In this document: piece after piece, positions 8,753-16,886 of the stretch
Layout: each line of letters begins with the position of its first letter
Position numbering within the stretch: the stretch's first letter is position 1
Assembly: GCF_000582535.1 (NCBI RefSeq)
Contig: NZ_CP006932.1
Location: 570,001 to 602,000, forward strand
DNA length: 32,000 nt
Direction: 5' to 3'
Source: Candidatus Saccharimonadota bacterium
Lineage (GTDB): Bacteria; Bacillota_I; Bacilli_A; Mycoplasmatales; Hepatoplasmataceae
The notes under the pieces: generated by a model
Databases searched by the model: none
The model's input: only the letters and a program-made list of their open reading frames with translations
Told to the model about the DNA's origin: nothing
Translations under genes and position numbers: made by a program

Positions 8753-10873
8753 ATGGAACAAAAATATGTTTTTGAACAAGAAGAAAAATTAAATTTAAAG
8801 AATCTTAAATTATTACCAATTAATCCAAGATTTACATATTTCGGGAATGAAAAAGAAAATTTTTCAATAGAAAATATCTATAATGAAACCTTTAAGAAAG
8901 AAAACGAAATAGAAGTGCTAATGAAAATATTTTCTAGTGAAGAAAATTTAGAAGATTCTTATGAGTTATTCGAAAGCCTTATTGATAATGGATATGATAA
9001 ATATATTGATAGAATATGAGCAATAAAAACAAAATATAACAATTATTATGTTTTGGAAGGAAATAGAAGAACTTTATTTTTAAAAATTATTTTAAATATT
9101 AATAATTTAAGAAAAATATTTTTTAATCAAAAAGAAAAAATTTCCGAAAATATTTGCAAAAATATAGCAAATTTAGAAGAAAAAAATAAATGTATTAATA
9201 AAAATAAGAAATTTATTAAAAAAATAAATGAAAAAATAAATGAAAATGATCTAAAAAATAATGATTTATCAATTTATACATTCTTTAATAAATGCAAAGA
9301 AACAGATCTAAAAAATGACTGTTTTAATTTTGAAAAAACTAAAGATAAAATTTTAAAAAGATTGAGAAATAAACACATGATTCCCAATATAAAGGGTAAA
9401 AAAGATTGAAATAGATTATTAGTTTTAAAGAGCTATTTAGATATTTTCAAAAATTACGAAAATAAATATAATAATACAGAAAATATTATTAGAAAAATAT
9501 CAAAAGATTATCAAATTTCACTAAAAAAAATTGATAGAGATTTAAGATCCGCAAATTGAATTAATAAATTATTAAATTCTCTAAATAAGGAAAAAAGAAA
9601 TCAAATTATAGAAAATAAAAATTATAAAATATCTGCAATTGAAATTTCACCCTCTACTTTAAAAATATTAGGTAAAAATGGAAATAAAAAGACACTACAA
9701 AAGCAAATAAAATTAGAATATATTAAATATAATCCAATAATAAAAAATGGTAAATGAGAAGAGGTTGCTAATTTTTTATTTGAAAATTTTGAAAATGGAA
9801 ATTTTACAACAAGGGGATGAAAAAATGAAAAAGAACATTATAAATTATCAAATTTTTTTGGAGAAGAAGAATATAATTTAAAATTTTCGCATTTAAAATG
9901 AAAAGAAAAAAATAGAAAAAATGAATATATAGATGAAATTTTAGAAGCAGAAAATTCAATTTATAAAATCAAAAAAGAAAATGAAAAAAAAATAATTCCA
10001 GAAAAAAATAAATATATTTATAAATTTAAGAAAATAAATGGATTGGATAGATATAATAATGAATTAAAAAATATTTATTGTGCTTTGCAAAATTTTAAGA
10101 AAATAATAAATTGAGTAACTAAATACGAATTAAAATGATTGATAATACCTGACAGCAATATAATATTCTCAAATAATAAAAATGAAAAAATATTAAAACA
10201 TATAATTGGTGTATTTGGTGGATTAAGAATAATTTTTGATTATTTAAATACCTTTTTAACTAAAATTAGTGGATTAAAAAATAAAAACATTGAAGAAGAT
10301 CTTTTAAAAAAATTTAATTTCAAAAATTCAAAAATAAATTTTCTTAAAAATATTAAAAACTCAGAAGATAATTTTGAAAAATGATTAGATAATATTTTAA
10401 ATGATATAGATAATTATGATAAAAATCAAAAAATAAATTATTTAAATAAAAAAGAATTTCATAATGAAATTTTATCTTGATTAGTAGAAGAAGAAAAGAT
10501 AAAATCAAAAAATAAATTAAATATTAAAAAAGATCTATTAATTGAAGATAAAGAATTAAAAAATTATTATAATGAATTAGAAAAAATATGAATTGATATA
10601 AACAAAATAAATTATGAAGATAATGAGATGGAAGATAATGATTGAAATAAAAAACCTTTAAGAAATTATGTTTTGCATAATTTCTTACCAATTTTAAAAA
10701 GAATAGAAAATATTGATAATAGAAAATATTTTGAAAAAATAATAAATTTGGTAAGTAAATTTTTGGATAAATTAAGAATTATTATTGATTTTATAGAAGA
10801 AAATATTGAAAAAGAAATGGTTAATAAAAAAGAATATATATCAAAAATAAATCAAGAAAGTTTAATTTTATAG
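8753..10873 (+). CDS. 706-aa protein with an N-terminal ParB/Srx-like domain and a long helical Lys/Asn-rich C-terminal region
   Basis: N-terminus LKNLKLLPINPRF ... LFESLIDNGYDKYIDRIWAIKTKYNNYYVLEGNRRTLFLKII fits the ParB N-terminal pattern (..NPR.., ..SI...G.., h.[DE]G.[RH]R); the four ORF-track pieces (8753, 9053, 10139, 10673) share one frame and the gaps, translated by hand, contain only TGA; starts 4 nt after the MTase stop. Confidence 0.7.
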
Positions 10874-10928
10874 ATTATATTTTTTTAAAAATTAATAATA
10901 AAATTTAGTTATAATAAATTAATTAAAA

Positions 10929-11060
10929 TAATTAAAGAGATATCTGATAAAACAAAAAAATTACTAGTATTAAATAGAGAAACAGAAGCTAATTTAGATT
11001 AACTTATTAAAGGTATTCAATCATAAATAATAAAATCTAATTTTGATAATGAACTTATAA
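10929..11060 (+). pseudogene. short decayed internal fragment of fba (matches about 921-1050 of the intact gene)
   Basis: Hand alignment: ATAATTAAAGAGATATCTGATAAAACAAAAAAATTACTAGTATTA...CTAATTTTGATAATGAACTT versus fba TTAATTAAAGAGATATATGATAAAACAAAAAAACCACTAGTATTA...CTAATTTTGATAGCGAACTT; lies exactly between the two cassettes and overlaps the endonuclease stop codon. Confidence 0.7.
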
Positions 11061-12530
11061 AATTTTTTTATATCCGTACTTATTTTCAATAATTTCTTCA
11101 AGAAAATCTGAAATATCTGAACCTAAATTTTTTAGAGCAATTTTATTTATATCTGAAAAAGAAGCTAATTTATCTTTATTGGATAAACATTCTTTAGAAC
11201 AATATTGTGCTAAAATATTAGATGTTAAAGTGACAATTTTATATTTTTCAATATCTAAAAAATTAGAATTTGAAAATTTAGGAGAAATAACTAAACAATA
11301 TTTAGAATTATTTTTTTCAATATGTCTTTGTATTCGTGTTGATTGCAAATTATTATAAGATTTTCTGCTTTTTGCTTCAATATTAATTTTATTAACTTGA
11401 TCATTAAAATCTCTAAAAATAAAAATTAAATCAGTATCGCCTGATCCACTTATAATTTCAGTAGATATTTCTTCTCTAAATAATTTAAAAATTGGTTTTA
11501 AAGAATTTTCAAATTCTTTACCATCTAAAGAACCATATTTTGATTTTTCAGTCATATTATTTATTAAAGAAATTATTTCAATTTTTTCATTATATTCCGG
11601 AAATACTATTGCTAAATATTTTAATAATTCATTTTCATATAATTTTAATTTAAAATCTTCTAATCCAAAAGTATTTTTAGGGGAAATAGGTTCATTAAAT
11701 AAAGAATACTTACTTAATAATTCATGAGATATTTCTTTAAGATTTTTATTTAATTCAATATATCCTGAATAACTATCAATTTTATTATTTCTATAAGTAT
11801 TTGTTGATCCATGTTTAAACTTAAAAAAATTACCACTATTATGATATTTATCACCTTTTAAATTAATTACTCCAAATTGAGAAAATATTTTTAAAAAAAA
11901 ATATTTTGATTCATGCAAACAGTTAGCAAATAAATGATTGTAATCTTTTATTTGCTTAAATTTTTCTAATTTTTTTTCAAATGGTAATTTTCTAAAATCT
12001 AATATATCATTAACCAATTTTTCATAAGTTATCTTATTTATTTTTTTAATAAAAGGTAAAAATCATATAAACTCATCAATAAAAATTTTATATTCCAAAG
12101 AATCATTTAACATTAATTTAATAATTAATCGTCCAACAAATATTGAAAAATGTTCATTAACTTTACTATATGGTGCTGGAAATTGAATAGAAAATAAATT
12201 AACTAACATATTTTTTCTTATAAAATTTTCATCTTCATTTTTCTTGTTTAAAATATTTCAAGTTGTCTGAGTAGGAATAAAAAAATTGCTATTATTTTTT
12301 TTATAACCAAACATATAAAAAAACATTTGACTCAATCTAATTCCAATAGTATTCTCTGAACCATTTTCACTCCGACCTTTATAAATATTTTTTTCTTTTA
12401 AATCATATTTTAAATATTTTTTATTCAAAACGTTATTATTTTCTTTAATTGATTTTAAAAAAAGTACTATTTGCTTTTCTGAACTTATATTCTTTTGAAA
12501 AACTCATCTATCTTTAAATTTTCTTTCCAT
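11055..12530 (-). CDS. putative type II restriction endonuclease (491 aa) with a PD-(D/E)xK-like core
   Basis: ORF-track piece 11055..12017 extends in frame through 3 TGA codons to ATG 12528-12530 (hand translation: MERKFKDRWVFQKNISSEKQ...); candidate catalytic signature SGSGDTDLIFIF-x12-INIEAKSRK; immediately downstream of two C5-MTases on the same strand. Confidence 0.6.
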
Positions 12531-12550
12531 TTTATAAAAATAAATTAAAT

Positions 12551-13606
12551 TTATTTTTTAATTCCTTTAATAATTTCTTTTAAAAATTTAGGAGGAATTG
12601 CTTCTCCTATAATATTTCTAATAAAAGTATCTGTACATCAATTTGGTAAATCTAAATCTGGAGGTAGTGAACTAATTATAAATAATTCTCTTAATGTTAA
12701 AACACGAGCATCAGAATATGTACCATCTGAAAGTAATCGACCAGGATGTACATTATTATGACCTCCTATATTACCCGAATTCATTGTTCTTGCTGGAGAA
12801 GGTTTATTTCAATGCATTCTTTTATAAGTATTATGAAATCCTTTAATTGCTTCCCCGTTAATTTTTTTGGGATAATAAAAATCGTTTTTTAAAGCAGACT
12901 TACCAGTTGAAGTATGCTTCATAGCTAATATATCTCTATCATTATGTTTTTTTGCATAATGTCACTTAATATTTGATGATTCACCAGATTCTAGACTTGG
13001 CAAAAATCCTATTGCTTCTTTAAGATTTATTTCTTTTGATTCACTATGATTAAATCAATTAAGATTTTTTTTTCACATTTTTATAAATGCTCTTGATCTG
13101 TTTTGTGAAACGCCATAATTACAAGAATTTAAAATAAATTTTTTTATATTATATATATCTCCAAATTCCTGAATTAAAATGCTAAATATTGTATAAAAAT
13201 TATTATTATAAGGAAACAAAAAATTTAAAAATTTTGGAACATTTTCTATAATTATATAGTCAAATTTATTATTTTTTATAATTTCAATTACATAAAAAAT
13301 TAAATAATTTCTTTCATCATTTTCATAATCTTTTTTGCCCAAAGTACTCATTCCTTGACAAGGAGGAGTAGCAATTAAAAATTTGCAATTATTATTTTTT
13401 ATCTCAAAATTTATTTGATCTAATATTTCTTTTTTAGTAATATCGCCAATAATCATTTTTGTTTTTGGATAAAAAAAAGTATACAATTTAGCTCTTGAGA
13501 AAATTAATTCATTCGCTATTTTAATATCTATATTAACATCTTTTAAATACATCTCTCCTATACCAGCACCAGAAAACAAAGAAATACCATTTATCTTATT
13601 TGTCAT
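12551..13606 (-). CDS. DNA (cytosine-5)-methyltransferase, copy 1 (351 aa)
   Basis: Motif [40 protein letters not shown], then after TGA read-through [24 protein letters not shown] and motif X GEAIPP; TAA at 12551-12553. Confidence 0.9.
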
Positions 13607-14678
13607 TATATTTTATCCCTTTTAAAATTTTATTTATTAATAATGGAGGAACAGATTCTCCTATCATATTTCGTATCTGAATATCAGAAACAAATTTTGG
13701 GACATTTAAATTGGGATCTAAACTACTTAAAATAAATAGTTCTCTTAAAGTTAAAACACGTGCATCAGAGTATGTGCCATCTGAAAGTAATCGGCCAGGA
13801 TGAACATTACTTTGAGATGAAATACAATCATTTCTCATAGTAATAGTTGGAGAAGGTTTATTCCAATTAATTCTTTTATATGTGGCCATATAACCTTTTA
13901 ATTTTTCTCCTGTTTTTTTATTTTTAGGATAATAAAATTTGTTATCAAAAGCAGATTTTCCAGTAGGAGTATGTTTCATAATTTCAATATGAGATGCTAT
14001 ATGATTCCGAGCATTGTGATTTTTAATGTTTGATTTTTGTCCGGATTCCAAACTAGGAAGATTAGATATAGAATCTCATACTGTTATTATTTTTTCTGAT
14101 TTAGGATCAATTCATCGAAATTTTTTTTTTCACATTCTTATTATTGCTCTTTCTCTATGCTGAGGAACACCAAAATTTTTTGCATTAAATATATCAAATT
14201 CAATATTGTATTCCTTTTTATATTTATTAATAATTATTTCTTTAATTCCTAATAATTCATTATTTATAATGAATTTTATCTTAAAAAATCTAGAAACATT
14301 TTCTATCAAAACAAAGGAAGGTTTTAATTTATCAATTATTTCAAAAGTATCAAATATTAAATAATTTCTCTTATCTGCGATCATCTGATCATTTGACTTA
14401 TTTTTCCCTATTAAACTTATTCCTTGACAAGGAGGAGTGGCAAATATAAAATCAATTTTCTTTTTAATTGATTCATTAATAATTTTATTTTTAATATTTT
14501 CATCTGTTATATCCCCACATATTGTTTTGGTATTTGGATGTCAATATTCATGCACTTTATTTCTTATTGGAATTAATTCATTCGACAAAATAATTTTTAC
14601 TTTTGTATTTTTAAAGCCAAACTCAGCTATTCCAGCACCAGAAAACAATGATAAGGCATTAATTTTAACTAAATTCAT
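13596..14678 (-). CDS. DNA (cytosine-5)-methyltransferase, copy 2 (360 aa)
   Basis: ATG 14676-14678; motif [65 protein letters not shown], motif X GESVPP; pieces 14130..14384 and 13596..14051 are in frame; 11-nt overlap with the start of copy 1. Confidence 0.9.
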
Positions 14679-14713
14679 TGAGTTTATTCCTATTTAAATA
14701 AAAAAAATATTTA

Positions 14714-14767
14714 AATTTAATGTTTAAATTATATCTAATAATTATTTCTAATTTAATGTTTAAATTA
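14714..14767 (-). promoter_or_regulatory. two copies of an 18-bp element AATTTAATGTTTAAATTA (each a 7-3-7 inverted repeat) bracketing a candidate promoter of the R-M operon
   Basis: Identical copies at 14714-14731 and 14750-14767; on the minus strand, TTAAAT (14751-14756), a 17-nt spacer, then TATAAT (14728-14733), 50 nt upstream of the MTase ATG. Confidence 0.4.
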
Positions 14768-14799
14768 AAAAAATAATTACATTCTATTTAGACTTATTT

Positions 14800-15320
14800 A
14801 GATATATTTCAACTTATATACAATTAATATATTAATATTTACAAAAAAGAGATATATTATATGATCTTTTCTTCGGAAAAGAAATAACATTTTTGGAATA
14901 ATATTATTAAAAATAGAAGTTTATGGAAATTATTTATCTTCATCGATTCATTTATTAATTAAATCAAAAAAAATATTAATAATTTTATTTTAGCTATTTC
15001 ATTAGAATTAATTAATGGAAAAGTAAGAAAAATGAATTATCACTTTATTTTTCTGTTCCTATAGCTAATGGATATTAAACATCTCCGAATTATGTTAAAA
15101 AATTAACTTAACTTTTAATTTTTCGATTTATTTAAAGTTTGTTAATTATATAAAACAAAACTGAATAAGATATTTATTATTAAAATTCAACAATAAAGAA
15201 AATAAAAATATAAAACCGAATAATAAACATAGAACAGAAAATTATAAAATATTTCTAAAAAATTTTTGATTAAAAAGAAAAAAATGAATATTTTATACTT
15301 AAAGAAAATAGAGGAATATT
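14800..15320 (+). pseudogene. heavily decayed, internally deleted paralogue of the 7606-8748 DNA methyltransferase
   Basis: Colinear nucleotide matches to the motif I region (TATGATCTTTTCTTCGGAAAAGAAATAACA vs TATGATCCCTTCTCTGGAAGAGGAACAACA), the middle (AATTTTATTTTAGC..; ..AATGGATATT.AA..TCTCC.AATTATGT.AAAAAATTA) and the 3' part (..AAAAATTTTT.ATT.AAA.GAAAAAAAT.); many stops and frameshifts; boundaries approximate. Confidence 0.65.
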
Positions 15321-15583
15321 ATCTTTAAAATTACTTTAAAAATAATAATTTTAAATAAAATTTATGATATTTTAAATTAATTTAATAAGTAATTTTAATA
15401 TTAAATCTAAAATAAATTCATTATAAAAACAATTTTGTTAAAATTACATTTTTCTTTAATCTATAGATATCTTAAATTATTTATATTTAAATTTACAATA
15501 TTTAATTATAATTTATAAATTAATAATTAAATTTTAATTTTCTAAAATATTAATAATATTTTATTTTATTAGATATTAAATTA

Positions 15584-16195
15584 TTATAGTAAATCTAAAG
15601 TTTCTTTAATAGATTCAAAATAAATTGATAAAGTTTCTTTTTGATTTAAATAATTATTTTCAAAATTACTACATTTTTTATTTAAAAATACTTCTCTTAA
15701 CTTATTTCAATCATTACCCTTAATTTCTTTTATTTTATTATTAGAATTTTTAACTAATTCTCATCTTATATTATTAGATTCTTTCCCACGCAAAATTTCT
15801 TTCATGTTTTCTTTATTTGTTCTTATTAAAGCAATATCAAAATGTTTTCTATTATTTTGATCTCTAGAAGAAATTGTAATAACAGATGTTGATAATTTAA
15901 CATTATATTTATATCCTAGATATTTCTTAAATAATTTTTGTACAAATAATTTAAGTTCTGATGTATCAATTTTATTAAATATTGGTGAATCTAAAAGTAA
16001 TTGATAATCAACATCATAAATTCCATTTTTTCTTTGAACAACAAGATTTCTTCTTGCTGATCCTACAATTGCATGATTAAAAGATTTTCCATATTTTGCT
16101 TTAATTTCTTCTTTAATTTTAGGAATTGTATCTTCTAATTCAATTTTATATTCTTTAATTTCTTTTTTACTAACATATCTACATTTCTCATTCAT
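15584..16195 (-). CDS. Pol-beta-superfamily nucleotidyltransferase (203 aa; MNT/SMODS-like)
   Basis: Signature IVGSARRNLVVQRKNGIYDVDYQLLL (hG[GS]-x(n)-DhDh) plus a downstream HFDIALIR (third acidic residue); ORF-track piece 15761..16195 continues through 2 TGA codons to TAA 15584-15586 (translated codon by codon). Confidence 0.6.
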
Positions 16196-16246
16196 AATTA
16201 ATTAATTTAATTCCCCTTTATTTTTAATAATTATAATAATATTATA

Positions 16247-16840
16247 ATGAATCAAATTATTGAAAGAAAAATAAAATTTTTAAAACAAGAATTCTCAAAA
16301 AATAATTATGTATTATTAAAAGATGATATAAAAGATTTAAAAATTCAATTAGAAAGAAAACCTGTACAATTATACAATTTAGCAATAAAATTTTTATTAA
16401 AAAATAATGAGAAAATAAATTATGAAAATATTTCTAAAATCATAATTATTGATATAAGAATACGAGACAATCTTAAAAAAATAATAACTTCCTTAGAAGA
16501 ATATATAAGGGTAAAATATATAGATTTTAAAAAAATAGAATTTAATAATAATTTAATTAAAAAAATTTATACAGAAAATTTAGCAAAAATGATCCAAGAA
16601 TTAAAGGTAGATGAATACAACATAATAAGAGAAATAAGAAATAAAGTAAATCATATTGTTTACCCAATAATATTTGAAGAATTTAAAAATATTTTTAATA
16701 ATTTAATTAAAATAAGAAATTTAGATTTTATTAATAAAAATACTTTTGATAAATATCTAAGATCAATTTTAAATACTAATTACAATATAAATATTAATTT
16801 TATAAATAATTCTTTTAAAAAATTAAAAAATTATATTTAA
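16247..16840 (+). CDS. HEPN-domain protein (197 aa; AbiD/AbiF (Abi_2)-like)
   Basis: R-x4-H motif in IIREIRNKVNHIVYP within a predicted all-helical protein; divergent from the nucleotidyltransferase with a 51-nt gap. Confidence 0.55.
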   Translation: MNQIIERKIKFLKQEFSKNNYVLLKDDIKDLKIQLERKPVQLYNLAIKFLLKNNEKINYENISKIIIIDIRIRDNLKKIITSLEEYIRVKYIDFKKIEFNNNLIKKIYTENLAKMIQELKVDEYNIIREIRNKVNHIVYPIIFEEFKNIFNNLIKIRNLDFINKNTFDKYLRSILNTNYNININFINNSFKKLKNYI

Positions 16841-16886
16841 TCATAAATCTAAAGCAATTTCTATATAATCTAAAAAAGGGATTATT

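Noticed and set aside
14437-14697. 86-aa plus-strand ORF in the track
   Set aside because: It is antisense to the N-terminal catalytic region (motifs I-IV) of C5-MTase copy 2, which has unambiguous motifs on the minus strand.
11055-14800. Search for a controller (C) protein, HTH gene or Vsr-type mismatch endonuclease associated with the R-M operon
   Set aside because: There is no additional ORF of suitable size between or flanking the three genes on either strand under code 4. Only the twin palindromes (reported separately) hint at regulation.
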